DNA of 64,000 nt from a virus, in IMG/VR virus record IMGVR_UViG_3300037307_000181, positions 2,523 through 66,522 of that record; one strand, given 5' to 3'. Below the pieces are notes generated by a model. The model had not been told where the DNA came from and searched no databases. It saw nothing but the letters and a program-made list of their open reading frames with translations. This document shows positions 39,665 through 49,555 of the stretch, piece after piece. The translations under genes were made by a program, and so were the position numbers. Positions within the stretch are counted from its first letter, which is position 1. The number at the start of each line of letters is the position of its first letter.

Positions 39665-39966
39665 GGGGATGTAAGGGTCTCGACTGGCAGTGGACTCTGA
39701 GCTACGAGCACAAAAAATAAACGCTAAACCCGTTTCCTTTACCTGGCAGGACATCCTAGCCCTGCCCGTTGCTGGCGAACCAGCACTAGTCTCAGCCTAC
39801 TAGCGATATAGGCTGATGGTGGAAGTCTGTCATCCCTAAACAGACTAGTCCTCATGTGGACAAGAAATACATGTAGTCCGATCAGCAGACGATAAACAAC
39901 TGAAACGCCCGTACCGAAGCTACCTAGAAATCTGTCAGGACGCCGGTTCGACTCCGGCCATCTCCA
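39665..39966 (+). ncRNA. ssrA: tmRNA
   Basis: 5' GGGGATG..CTCGAC; 3' T-arm GCCGGTTCGACTCCGGC plus CATCTCC-A; helix CTGGCAG/CTGTCAG; resume codon GCT at 39723 after ATAAAC. Confidence 0.92.
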
Positions 39967-39987
39967 CTGAGATTGCTTCCTTATTAT

Positions 39988-40017
39988 TTTTCATTCGCTT
40001 CCACAAAACGATTGTAG
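39988..40017 (+). promoter_or_regulatory. putative late promoter motif
   Basis: TTTTCATT-N13-CGATTGTAG. Confidence 0.65.
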
Positions 40018-40035
40018 GTAGTAGAGGTAAACAAA

Positions 40036-40611
40036 ATGGGACGATATAAAACAATGGTAACTGTTACATGTACATGGTGTGGAGAGCAATTTTCTAAACC
40101 ACTTGCCTACGTCAAGCAGAATGAAAAAAAGGGTCAGAAGAATAACTTCTGCTGCATGGAGCACAGTGTGAATTGGTTAGCAGCAGAGGGTAGGCGTGTA
40201 AGGCAGGAAAGAAGTAGGCGTGGTGTTCTGAGAAATGGAAAAGGAACTGGTAAGCAAAAAGATGTTCTATCCCCATTCAAAGCGCACCTGATACATGCTC
40301 GGCGTAGAGCAAAAGAGCAACAGAGAGAATGTACATTAACACTAGAAGATTTGAAAGAACAGTGGGAGCTACAGCAAGGTCTGTGCTCATACACAGGTCT
40401 ACCGATGGTAAATCCAGAAACTACATCGGCTTACGCAAAGACTGAAAGGCTGTGGAATAAGGCAAGCCTTGATCGTATTGATAGCTCTAAGGGATATGTT
40501 CCAGGAAACATTGAGTTTGTGAGCATGATGGCTAACCTCTGCAAAAATGGCTGGACAAAGGAAGATGTCATATTGTTCTGTAAATCTGTTGCCAATAATT
40601 GGCAAGAATAA
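40036..40611 (+). CDS. HNH-type homing endonuclease-like protein
   Basis: N-terminal CTWC..FCC; LTLEDL..CSYTG..ASLDRIDSSKGYVPGNIEFV. Confidence 0.75.
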   Translation: MGRYKTMVTVTCTWCGEQFSKPLAYVKQNEKKGQKNNFCCMEHSVNWLAAEGRRVRQERSRRGVLRNGKGTGKQKDVLSPFKAHLIHARRRAKEQQRECTLTLEDLKEQWELQQGLCSYTGLPMVNPETTSAYAKTERLWNKASLDRIDSSKGYVPGNIEFVSMMANLCKNGWTKEDVILFCKSVANNWQE

Positions 40612-40614
40612 CAT

Positions 40615-40688
40615 GGTGTCCTAAGTGTTGCAGGTAGGCACTCTGCGCTGTGAACGCAGCAGGATGGGTTCAAATCCCATAGGATACC
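40615..40688 (+). tRNA. tRNA-His(GTG)
   Basis: Loop CTGTGAA; 8-bp acceptor including G-1. Confidence 0.85.
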
Positions 40689-40792
40689 CCTTGCAAGAGA
40701 GAAGTTTTTTTCGATCCAGTTTTATTTCCTCTCTTGCAACCTACCGGAGATGCTAGGTTTTCTTTCCTTTTTCCTAGCATCTCCAGCCCTAT

Positions 40793-40865
40793 AGCGATGT
40801 GGCGCAGTGGTCAGCGCAGCACCCTCATAAGGTGATGGTCACTGGTTCGAATCCAGTCATCGCTA
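40793..40865 (+). tRNA. tRNA-CAT (Met or Ile2)
   Basis: Loop CTCATAA; cloverleaf. Confidence 0.85.
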
Positions 40866-40870
40866 CTCAT

Positions 40871-40946
40871 CGGGAAGTGGCCCAGTCCGGTTTAGGGTAC
40901 TCGCCCTGGAAGCGAGTGGTCGTTGGTTCAAATCCAACCTTCCCGA
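40871..40946 (+). tRNA. tRNA-Pro(TGG), C33
   Basis: Loop CCTGGAA; cloverleaf. Confidence 0.85.
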
Positions 40947-41083
40947 CCTAAACAAAATCACTAGGAGGTGAACTATGTTTGAGAGATTGCCTGATCGTGT
41001 GAAGATTGCAATCTGTGCCCCGATCTTTATGGCGGCATGCGTTGGTCTGGTTCTAGTTATGGCGTTAGCGCAAGGAGGTTAGT

Positions 41084-41437
41084 GTGAAAGCAATGAAAGT
41101 CATCTTGGTTTTGTGTTTGCTCACCATGTGTGGTTTCAGCTTGCTGATGGTGAATGCTGTTGAGAAAACTGCGGAAGCAAAGTACAACCGTGATGTTGAG
41201 ATCGTCAAGCTTGATCCACCATCTGAGGTTGACCACAGCTATGACACCAACCAGGGGATTGCAGAGGCTGGATACAAGTCTGTGGTAGCAGTGGCTGTCA
41301 GTGCAGATGCATCTCAAACCAGCATTGCTCGCTACAACATGATCACAGTTGTGTCTGTAGTTATCGGGATCATGTGTCTGATCGGTTTCAAGATATATCT
41401 TGACAACAAGAAACAAAGAGAGAAAGAGGGCTGGTAA
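41084..41437 (+). CDS. membrane protein (2 TM)
   Basis: Hydrophobic termini. Confidence 0.6.
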   Translation: MKAMKVILVLCLLTMCGFSLLMVNAVEKTAEAKYNRDVEIVKLDPPSEVDHSYDTNQGIAEAGYKSVVAVAVSADASQTSIARYNMITVVSVVIGIMCLIGFKIYLDNKKQREKEGW

Positions 41438-41458
41438 ATCCAGCCCTTTCAATTCGTA

Positions 41459-41947
41459 ATGCCAAGCGGAAAAGTACACAACCAAATCTGGAAGAAAAAC
41501 TACTGGATAGCAGTCCTGTTTTCTGCCCTATGTCTAGTAGTTTTGAATGATGCAGTTCTGCCAGTGTTTGTTCTGGTGGGATATTTTCTCGGTAGATACT
41601 TATCACCAGACCTGGACTTGATTGGGATCAACTCTGACGAAGGCAGGATGATGCGTGAGCTAAAAATTATCGGTGTGTTCCTGGTGATGTACTTCTTTTT
41701 ATATGCCTACTTGATGCGATTTGTTGGCATCGGAAGAAAGGGGCATAGGAACTTCTTTAGCCACTTCCCAGGAATTAGCACAGCCATCCGATTAGGGTGG
41801 GTAGTGATACCAGTAGCGATACTGCTTACCCACTTCGGTGTGCACATCCCAACAATTAGCTACACCATCGTCCTGGGTATTTTTGCGGGACTAACCATAG
41901 CAGACGGTTTGCACTATCTTGCAGACAGGAGAGTAATAGATGAATAG
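41459..41947 (+). CDS. DUF2227-like membrane metal-binding protein
   Basis: MPSGKVH..LSPDLD..HR..SH..HYLAD. Confidence 0.75.
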   Translation: MPSGKVHNQIWKKNYWIAVLFSALCLVVLNDAVLPVFVLVGYFLGRYLSPDLDLIGINSDEGRMMRELKIIGVFLVMYFFLYAYLMRFVGIGRKGHRNFFSHFPGISTAIRLGWVVIPVAILLTHFGVHIPTISYTIVLGIFAGLTIADGLHYLADRRVIDE

Positions 41948-42167
41948 CATCAACAATATCAGGAGAGCAGTGGATGTTGCAGAGTTAGCAGACGTACCAG
42001 TGACGCTCAGCCACCAGGATGTGCGCCAACTTTTAGACATCATTGACTTACAGGCACAGAAGATAAGCAGCTTACGTGAAGCAATCGAGGATGCACAGCT
42101 TATTGACAATACATACAGGGAAGCAAAAGTTGTGAAGCGTGAGTTGCTAGAACTTATAAAGGAGTAA
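41940..42167 (+). CDS. hypothetical coiled-coil protein
   Basis: ORF track. Confidence 0.5.
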   Translation: MNSINNIRRAVDVAELADVPVTLSHQDVRQLLDIIDLQAQKISSLREAIEDAQLIDNTYREAKVVKRELLELIKE

Positions 42168-42169
42168 CC

Positions 42170-42391
42170 ATGAGCAGCGATCTATATCAAAAAGTAATCA
42201 GGGTCAGGAGAGCATACTCCGAAGCAGCCCTTAACTCAACAGTTGTTACTGTGCGTGTAGGGGAGCTAGGCGCTGTGCTCACTGCCCTAGATTTAGCGGA
42301 ACACAGGGTGATAGAGCTACTCGGAGAGATTCGCAACTTAAAGAAAGAATGTAATGACGATGTGCATCCTTTATATGGAGGTGAAGAGTGA
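42170..42391 (+). CDS. hypothetical protein
   Basis: ORF track. Confidence 0.5.
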   Translation: MSSDLYQKVIRVRRAYSEAALNSTVVTVRVGELGAVLTALDLAEHRVIELLGEIRNLKKECNDDVHPLYGGEE

Positions 42392-42984
42392 TCCAATTTG
42401 ATGTTTCATTTGAGAAACAAGTGCGTGATTATTTGTTAGAGAGCAAACTTCAATTTAGGGATAACAGTACCCATGCTCATAAGGTTGACTTCTCTTTTTT
42501 GTTCCCAACCGGAGAAAAGTTCAACTTGGAGCTAAAGGAGAAACGCCAACCCACTAACACAATAACGTGGCCAACTGTTTCCATACCAAGCAGATACATC
42601 TTTATTATTGACGACCTATCGTGCAGGAAGATTTTTAACAGCGGAACAAACTCAGGGGTGGCTGTTCGGGATATGGTTACGGAGTCCTACTACTTTGCCG
42701 ATGTGCTCACCCTTTTTATGATGCCAAGGGTCAGGGTAAACAGAGCACTAGATCAAGCAGGGGATATTCTAAAAGGTAAGTGGATGGTTGACCTGCGCAA
42801 TTTCTTTGAAGTAAAAGCAGTAGGTGGAATCTTTGCCTGTGCCTATGATTATGTAGCCAACCACAATACGATCTACAGGGACACACCATCCTGTTTTGGA
42901 GATTTCTATGGAGAGACTATAGGTATGGGTGGTGGGGTTAGAACCAAAGCGCACAAACAGTACGATTATGCAGTGACTAGATGA
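42388..42984 (+). CDS. possible PD-(D/E)XK-fold protein
   Basis: VDF..LELKEK pattern. Confidence 0.45.
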   Translation: MIQFDVSFEKQVRDYLLESKLQFRDNSTHAHKVDFSFLFPTGEKFNLELKEKRQPTNTITWPTVSIPSRYIFIIDDLSCRKIFNSGTNSGVAVRDMVTESYYFADVLTLFMMPRVRVNRALDQAGDILKGKWMVDLRNFFEVKAVGGIFACAYDYVANHNTIYRDTPSCFGDFYGETIGMGGGVRTKAHKQYDYAVTR

Positions 42985-42993
42985 TAATGGGAG

Positions 42994-43341
42994 ATGTATG
43001 AGATGAAAAAAATTAGATTACTACGTGATATTCACTCAAGAAAAGCAGGAGACACTGTTGAAATTGATGGTGAAACCGAGACTAGTATCAACTTCTTTGA
43101 TCAGGATGCTATATGTGTACTCATAAAAAGTGACGAGGGAGTAAACTTTGAGTGGGTGACATACGTTATTACCAGTGATGATGATGGACACTGGTATGTT
43201 ATTGACAGCAAAGAGTGTGACAACTTCAATAAGTGGGTAGAAGATACATCGAACGGGGAAGATAGCCCATACAATTTTGATGACTGCCGCTTACCAGGAG
43301 CACCTTCCTGGGTAAAAATCCTAGACTTTGTGAGGAAATAA
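42994..43341 (+). CDS. hypothetical protein
   Basis: ORF track. Confidence 0.5.
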   Translation: MYEMKKIRLLRDIHSRKAGDTVEIDGETETSINFFDQDAICVLIKSDEGVNFEWVTYVITSDDDGHWYVIDSKECDNFNKWVEDTSNGEDSPYNFDDCRLPGAPSWVKILDFVRK

Positions 43342-43877
43342 TGATATTTTTCACATCTGACCAGCATTTTGGTCACACCAATATATTGCGGTATACAAGC
43401 AGACCGTTTGAGAGCACAGAAGAGATGGATGAGGAAATGATCAAGCGGTGGAATGCTGTCGTGAGGCCGCTGGATATTGTCTATCACCTGGGTGACTTCA
43501 CCCTAGGAGCAGGTGCAGGTGACTACCTGTCCAGGCTGCGTGGTACAGTCCGTTTTGTTGTACCGCCATTTCACCATGACAAGCGTTGGCTAGAGAACAA
43601 GCCCAACTTCAAGAATATTGAATACCTGCCAGCCATGTGGGTGGAAGATATCGCAGGTGTTTGGGTGCACATGTGCCACTATCCAGTTCTGGTGTGGGAT
43701 CGCAAACACTATGGCTCTTGGAATCTATATGGACATGTGCACAACAAAGACTTTACGCTGCCTGGATTTAGCTATAACGTAGGAGTAGATCACAACGATT
43801 TTACTCCAGTGTCGTTTGACAAGATTATTGATGTAATGCTTCATAAAGGATGGTCAAAAGATTGGAGAGAGTTTTAG
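43341..43877 (+). CDS. calcineurin-like metallophosphoesterase
   Basis: SDQHFGH..YHLGDF..HD..HYP..LYGHVH. Confidence 0.9.
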   Translation: MIFFTSDQHFGHTNILRYTSRPFESTEEMDEEMIKRWNAVVRPLDIVYHLGDFTLGAGAGDYLSRLRGTVRFVVPPFHHDKRWLENKPNFKNIEYLPAMWVEDIAGVWVHMCHYPVLVWDRKHYGSWNLYGHVHNKDFTLPGFSYNVGVDHNDFTPVSFDKIIDVMLHKGWSKDWREF

Positions 43878-43878
43878 T

Positions 43879-44280
43879 ATGCAAGCCGGAGTGTATTTCA
43901 ACGATAAAGGTACATTGATGGTCACTGTGCGCCCCAACCTGAATAGTGGAAGTGACTGGTGGTGTGAGAATGCTACGGAAAATAAGGGAGGGGTGTACAT
44001 TTATAGTCTAAAATATATACAAAAGAATCTTGTTGCTGCTGTCAGGAAGCCAGAGCCGCCGATGCGAGTTTTCATAAAAGACATCGAGCTTCATAGAGAA
44101 GAGATAGACCTTGACAAGGCAATCCGTGTTGAAATCAAGCTGGCTGACGGAAGCTGGTTCTATATCTACGAGGATGATGGAGTCCTGGTTGTGTCTGGTG
44201 ATGGCCGGATCGGGATTGAACCACGAGCAGTCAACATGGTTTATGTAAGAGACCTGCACAGGAATGACTATGGTGGGTGA
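43879..44280 (+). CDS. hypothetical protein
   Basis: ORF track. Confidence 0.5.
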   Translation: MQAGVYFNDKGTLMVTVRPNLNSGSDWWCENATENKGGVYIYSLKYIQKNLVAAVRKPEPPMRVFIKDIELHREEIDLDKAIRVEIKLADGSWFYIYEDDGVLVVSGDGRIGIEPRAVNMVYVRDLHRNDYGG

Positions 44281-44602
44281 TAAACTTTTATCTTGCCCAA
44301 GGTGTGGTTGCGGTGAGTTGCTTCGTTATAAAAAACTTGACGACTGTGTTCGCTGCTTGGTCTGTGGGTACTACAACACAGAGTCCAACTGGAACACAGG
44401 CAATGACTGGGAAAGAGGGTGGGATCAGGTAATGATCCAGCACGTGCGTGATCTCGAAAAGCAGATTGAGCAGTCAGTGGAGATTGTAAAGATACTGGTC
44501 TCAGCCATAAACAGCACTTCCGCCTATTGGGGTGACGCTCTTGATAGAGAAGATTATGAGCGAGTTGTAAAGTTTCTTCGCAGGATTGGAGAAGATGTGT
44601 GA
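44264..44602 (+). CDS. Zn-ribbon protein
   Basis: CPRCGC..CLVCGY. Confidence 0.55.
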   Translation: MTMVGDKLLSCPRCGCGELLRYKKLDDCVRCLVCGYYNTESNWNTGNDWERGWDQVMIQHVRDLEKQIEQSVEIVKILVSAINSTSAYWGDALDREDYERVVKFLRRIGEDV

Positions 44603-44901
44603 TGCACATGAAAAAAACTAAGAGGCAGGAGTTTGAGCAGTTAGCGGGTAACGTCTACGAGAAGATCACCAGATACCCAAATGAGTTTAGCCTTGAGTAT
44701 GGTGTGAGTGTGCTCTTAAAAGCGTTAGAAGAGGCAACTGTGATAATGGGCATGGAAGAAGTGAGGGGTGGAATGGTGGTTTCTGTACCTACTGTGGGCT
44801 TCGGATTGCTTTCTGGTCAACCTATCCTTGCCCTGGGAAGGGGCTACACAAGCTCAACACACCAAAACCACAGACACCGGAGTACGGATAGTTGTAGATA
44901 G
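44599..44901 (+). CDS. hypothetical protein
   Basis: ORF track. Confidence 0.45.
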   Translation: MMHMKKTKRQEFEQLAGNVYEKITRYPNEFSLEYGVSVLLKALEEATVIMGMEEVRGGMVVSVPTVGFGLLSGQPILALGRGYTSSTHQNHRHRSTDSCR

Positions 44902-44918
44902 CATAGCAAGTTGATAAA

Positions 44919-44946
44919 GAGCCTCCCAGGAATGGGGGGCTTTTTG
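44919..44946 (+). terminator. intrinsic terminator
   Basis: AGCCTCCCA/TGGGGGGCT hairpin plus T-run. Confidence 0.75.
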
Positions 44947-45001
44947 ATTCTGAGCACAGCAGGGGATAATTTAAAAATAAAAAAATAAAAACAGACTGTG
45001 C

Positions 45002-45880
45002 TCATGTGGATAGATATTTGATTGCAGAATGCAGGTACTCTATATTGTCCTTCAGTAGACCAATAGCTGAGTTGCATGTAGGGCACAGGAGTCCACGAAT
45101 AGCACCAGTCTCGTGGTTGTGGTCTACAGTCAGCCTACCATCAACGCCATTTCCACAGATAGCACATCTGCCGTTTTGCTTTTTATACAAATAGTCGTAA
45201 CCAGATTTTGTTAGCCCATAATAAAGTTTTTTGTGGGAATACTCATTTTTACAAATGTCTGAACAGAATCTATCATATCTACTACTAGCCATAAAGTGTT
45301 TTCCACAAAATTTGCACTCCATATCGTATATCTTCATTGATTTGACTACATCAAATCCATAAACACGAATTAAACTATTTCTAACTGCTGGAATATCAAT
45401 TCCAACTTTTTTTGCGACATCCTGAATAGAGTATCCATCACCTATCATCTGTAGGATTTTTTCAATTTTATTTGCCCTTCGCCCTCGTGTAAATAATGTT
45501 TTGTATTTTTTCTTTCCAGAAGCTACATTCTCTGCCCTTATAGTTCTCCATTTATCCCCATAGAACTCAAGTAAGTAATTTACAATGGTTGTTTCAGAAA
45601 CAGAGAACATTTTCTTTAGCTCATAAAATGAATACTTGCCAGAAATATACATATTGGCAATTTTCTTTCTATCGCCTGGACTTCTGCCACCTTTCTGTGT
45701 CTTTATATTTATAACACCGTGTGCGATTAGGCACTCACGCACCAGTGTTCTAGGAACTCCAATACTTGTTGCATAGTCGGTTATTGAAATGTGAGACCCA
45801 TCCTGTAGCAGTTTACTGTACTCTGTGGCAATCTCCTTACCTCTCTCAGATTCATAAAAATACTTCCCATGTCTACCCAT
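45002..45880 (-). mobile_element. endonuclease-VII-family homing endonuclease with multiple HTH
   Basis: QNGRCAICG..VDHNHETGAIRGLLCPTCNSAIG; lone inverted gene with its own late motif. Confidence 0.8.
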
Positions 45881-45900
45881 AAGTTATTATCTCCTGCTAT

Positions 45901-45930
45901 CTACAATCATGTTTGGCAGGAAAATGCAAA
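45901..45930 (-). promoter_or_regulatory. putative late promoter motif
   Basis: TTTGCATT-N13-TGATTGTAG. Confidence 0.65.
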
Positions 45931-46286
45931 ATTATTTACCACAACAGAGATGTTTGATCAATATCAACTATATGGGCTGACGGGCTTACCCCCATCCAAA
46001 ACACCCTAAATTCACCAACCTCCCGCCCTTTTTACGCACAAAAAGCAATAAAAAACCAATTTCCACAATCTTCGAATTCACACCATCTAAAGTTTGCATA
46101 CTGCCGTAAACTGTAGACAGTTTGACCGTGCAAAAAAATCTCTAAAAAGGAGTCTAGAATGTCGCTTATTTATGTAATCCTTCTCGTTTGCGCTTTACTT
46201 TTCTTGAATAGCATTTTCCACTTTGTTTAGTCTATGCTATACATATAAACCATGATATAATCTAGTATATTGAAAGCGAGGATAAA

Positions 46287-47600
46287 ATGAGCGTCTCTTT
46301 ACAATCCATTCTAGTAGACTTTTATTGCATTATGGAAACTGAATATCATATGTTTTGTGCTTCGGTCAAAGAAGATGCTGAATCTTTTGACATTAGAAAA
46401 CTCAAGGCTTTTCAGAGCTTCAAGGCATACAAGGCGGAATTTATTGCTGAGGTATCTGCCCGCTTTTTATCCTATCTCTGGTATGCCTCATGGGGAGAGG
46501 CGAGAAATGCAAAGTATCACATGGTAGGTGAAATTCCAGACTGTATAACTCTTGGTTGTACTCGCAGTACAAGCGCAATGGAAGCAACGGAATTCAATCC
46601 TGAGGATAACTGGCAAGATTTAGTGTCCGTCTTTTCTGATAATAAATGGGATTCTGCTTTTGGTGGTGACAAGTGGGCTGAAATTCTGAGTTCATTTCAG
46701 TATTATTACGATTATCCTACAATGAGGGGTATCTTTATTGACTTGGTTGTAGACTTAGAACACAATGGGGGTTGTGTATTTGATAAAGAAGTAGCTGGGA
46801 GGGAGTCTGGTATTGGCTTAGATATATATGGCAGTGACCTTCATGCACTGCTAAACTACAAAAAAGAGTATAGCCTTTTCCTCTGCAAGAATCCTTGGGT
46901 ATCTAATGTATCAGAGCGCACACAGGATATCTGCCATGAGGTTCTGTACGCTTGCGGTTTACATCCTGAATATGTCCACCCCGCTGTGAAGTCTACCATC
47001 ACTGGATATCGCCCCATTTGGGGCGAAGATAAAATCAAATATTACGATTATATCGACTGTTGCTCTTGTGAAAGCTGTAAATGGTGTGGTAGTGTAATTG
47101 CTTGTAACCATGTTTACTACAATGAGGGCGGGTATGCTTACTGTGAGAACTGCTATATAGACCTGTATAGTCACTGTGAGAAATGTAACGGTGAGATATC
47201 AAACAACGGGGCAGTATATCTGGATGGTAGTACATACTGTGAATATTGTGCTAAAAAAGTCGGTAATATGTGTTGGAAATGCGATGAATGGTATCTCTAT
47301 GACGACCTCATTGAGGTCAACTATGACCTGTATTGTCCAGATTGCCTTGCAGAAGAGTTTACTCTATGCTCTGAGTGTGAAGAGTATATCGACAATGACG
47401 ATATCATAGATGTTGATGGGAAGTTGTTTTGCAAGGATTGTATCTCACAGTGTGAGATATGTAGTACGCCTTGCACGTCAAAAGTCTTTGAACATGCTGG
47501 CATAAGATATGTGTGTGATGAGTGTGAAAACGAATATAAGAGTAAAGGCTTCATTGAGGGGCAGTTAGTTCTGCCTCTCTTTGATGGTATCTTGAGTTGA
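46287..47600 (+). CDS. hypothetical protein with tandem CxxC Zn-finger repeats in the C-terminal part
   Basis: 437 aa; many CxxC in the C-terminal third. Confidence 0.7.
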   Translation: MSVSLQSILVDFYCIMETEYHMFCASVKEDAESFDIRKLKAFQSFKAYKAEFIAEVSARFLSYLWYASWGEARNAKYHMVGEIPDCITLGCTRSTSAMEATEFNPEDNWQDLVSVFSDNKWDSAFGGDKWAEILSSFQYYYDYPTMRGIFIDLVVDLEHNGGCVFDKEVAGRESGIGLDIYGSDLHALLNYKKEYSLFLCKNPWVSNVSERTQDICHEVLYACGLHPEYVHPAVKSTITGYRPIWGEDKIKYYDYIDCCSCESCKWCGSVIACNHVYYNEGGYAYCENCYIDLYSHCEKCNGEISNNGAVYLDGSTYCEYCAKKVGNMCWKCDEWYLYDDLIEVNYDLYCPDCLAEEFTLCSECEEYIDNDDIIDVDGKLFCKDCISQCEICSTPCTSKVFEHAGIRYVCDECENEYKSKGFIEGQLVLPLFDGILS

Positions 47601-47611
47601 GAGGTGATAGG

Positions 47612-48301
47612 ATGAAAGCTAACGTTTGCGATCTTTGTGGGTATGAGGATGACACTTTGAGGAAATGGAATGGTCTTTTCCTCTGTGACTATTGCTATGA
47701 ATATAGTAGTCAACATGATACGGAGTCTGGTAAGTTGTCCAGTAAGAAAACTGAAACAAAGTGGGTCAATTCCACTATTACTGATACGACTTGTAAATAT
47801 GTAAAGATGGATTGTAGGCACACTGGCAACAAAAAGGTAATCGAGTATGGGTCTGCCGCTGTGTATGCCGGAGGGTGGACACGTGGGGCTAAACCAAAAA
47901 AAGACTGGATTGTAGTTGATCTCGATGGGTATTATTATGAAACAATTACCACGATACCAGATTACCCTCGTGAGTTTTCTAACTCGATGAATGTAATGTA
48001 CAGAGATGCTCCAAAAGTGCTATATCTCCACATACGAGATTACGGTGTGCCTGCCTGGGACGCAACGTTTTGGGTTACGTTTGCAAACGATATCCTGAGC
48101 ATCCTAAAGAGTGGCAAGAATGTACTGGTAGCTTGTATGGGTGGACATGGACGTACAGGAATGGTAGTTGCTATCCTCTTGGGTATCCTGACAAACGTAG
48201 ACGACCCAATCGGCTGGGTGCGTGAGAAGTATTGTTACGAAGCGATTGAAACAAAAGCGCAAGAGAAGTATGTAAGGGATATCCTGGGGATATCTCGATA
48301 A
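47612..48301 (+). CDS. protein-tyrosine/dual-specificity phosphatase-like
   Basis: P-loop VACMGGHGRTG (CX5R), DYGVP, ETKAQ. Confidence 0.85.
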   Translation: MKANVCDLCGYEDDTLRKWNGLFLCDYCYEYSSQHDTESGKLSSKKTETKWVNSTITDTTCKYVKMDCRHTGNKKVIEYGSAAVYAGGWTRGAKPKKDWIVVDLDGYYYETITTIPDYPREFSNSMNVMYRDAPKVLYLHIRDYGVPAWDATFWVTFANDILSILKSGKNVLVACMGGHGRTGMVVAILLGILTNVDDPIGWVREKYCYEAIETKAQEKYVRDILGISR

Positions 48302-48308
48302 TCAACCT

Positions 48309-48329
48309 GGGGAGGGGCAACCCTCCCCT
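48309..48329 (+). repeat. 21-bp hairpin repeat, copy 1
   Basis: GGGGAGGGGCAACCCTCCCCT. Confidence 0.85.
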
Positions 48330-48352
48330 CATTCTGAAAAGGAGAAAATGAA

Positions 48353-48664
48353 ATGAACGCAGAAGAGAAAGCCATCTTTGAAGAAAGCAAATTGATTAAC
48401 ATGCGAGTGTATGTGGTTGAAGCGTGGCGCAAGGGTACGCATGGTTCTGTAATCAAGATCGTTTTGGGTGTCTATCCTACATCCGAGATGGCACATGTTG
48501 CTATGAGGATTATGCTAGAAAAACGAAACAATGACAAGTTTCATTCCCGCAACGGTAAAATCCGGTGGGAAGGGACAATCACAGCGCACAACATGTGCAA
48601 CCTGGGTGGTGGTGAGTACATCTTCAATCCACCTACTGACAGGCTGCTGGAGCGTGGATACTAA
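48353..48664 (+). CDS. hypothetical protein
   Basis: Flanked by the 21-bp direct repeat. Confidence 0.55.
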   Translation: MNAEEKAIFEESKLINMRVYVVEAWRKGTHGSVIKIVLGVYPTSEMAHVAMRIMLEKRNNDKFHSRNGKIRWEGTITAHNMCNLGGGEYIFNPPTDRLLERGY

Positions 48665-48668
48665 AATA

Positions 48669-48689
48669 GGGGAGGGGCAACCCTCCCCT
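48669..48689 (+). repeat. 21-bp hairpin repeat, copy 2, abutting TTGACA
   Basis: Identical to 48309-48329. Confidence 0.85.
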
Positions 48690-48739
48690 TGACAATACGA
48701 TGCTATATATATATTATAATGCAGATAAAGGAGGTAACA

Positions 48740-49045
48740 ATGTTTGAGCTAACACAACATGCAAAGCGTCAAATAAGAGAGCGTCAAGTTACCTCCGATG
48801 AAGAGGTGCTGACTGTGCTCACCCGAAAAGAGAACCTGTTCAATACTGTCAACCCTCGCATAACGGAGGTAAGGATCACGATCAAAAAGTTTTCTAGTGT
48901 GGTGGTCTGTGATGACGGTAGTAACGGTGACATAGTAGTAGCTTGCGTAGACAGAGCAAGCAAACGAGTCAAGACTGTCATGCTAACGAATACGTATCAG
49001 GTAAAGCAAAAGATGAAAGAACAACTAAAAGTCAAATACATATAA
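48740..49045 (+). CDS. hypothetical protein (possible RelE/DUF4258-like fold)
   Basis: FELTQHAKRQIRER..VKTVM. Confidence 0.45.
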   Translation: MFELTQHAKRQIRERQVTSDEEVLTVLTRKENLFNTVNPRITEVRITIKKFSSVVVCDDGSNGDIVVACVDRASKRVKTVMLTNTYQVKQKMKEQLKVKYI

Positions 49046-49056
49046 CCGGAGGGATT

Positions 49057-49428
49057 ATGTCTACAATAGCTGTGATTTTAGATAAGTATGCTGAGAAGAT
49101 GAATGAGTTGGAGTCTATCCAGAGGAAGATTAAGTCGGCTGTGCCAGAGTTGATTGATGCTGAGGCACAACTGACAAAAGAGGTTGATGCTATCAAGGCT
49201 GAGGTAAAGGACAAGGCGAAGTTTATCCCCGCTTCTCAGGCGCATACGCTGGTCGGTAAGTTCTTCCAGTTAGTATGGAAGCCAACAAGTGACAAGTGGG
49301 ACGGTGAAAAGATTGAAGCCTGGGTACAAACTGCCTGCCTTACACCAGAACAGACTGCCGGCCTTATGGCTTGCAAGTCAAAGGGTCAAGCGACCTGGGC
49401 AGTATGCAAAAAGGGGAAGGGCAAGTAG
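49057..49428 (+). CDS. hypothetical protein (coiled-coil N-terminus)
   Basis: GGAGG RBS. Confidence 0.55.
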   Translation: MSTIAVILDKYAEKMNELESIQRKIKSAVPELIDAEAQLTKEVDAIKAEVKDKAKFIPASQAHTLVGKFFQLVWKPTSDKWDGEKIEAWVQTACLTPEQTAGLMACKSKGQATWAVCKKGKGK

Positions 49429-49555
49429 CCCTTCCCGTAATTCAAGCCCGTCGGTGGTGGCATTCTATATAAAACCGGATAACTTTGGGGCGGATAAGTA
49501 ACCCTGATCGGTAAGTACATCACGGTAGTGAACACCGATCAATTAGTAACACATC

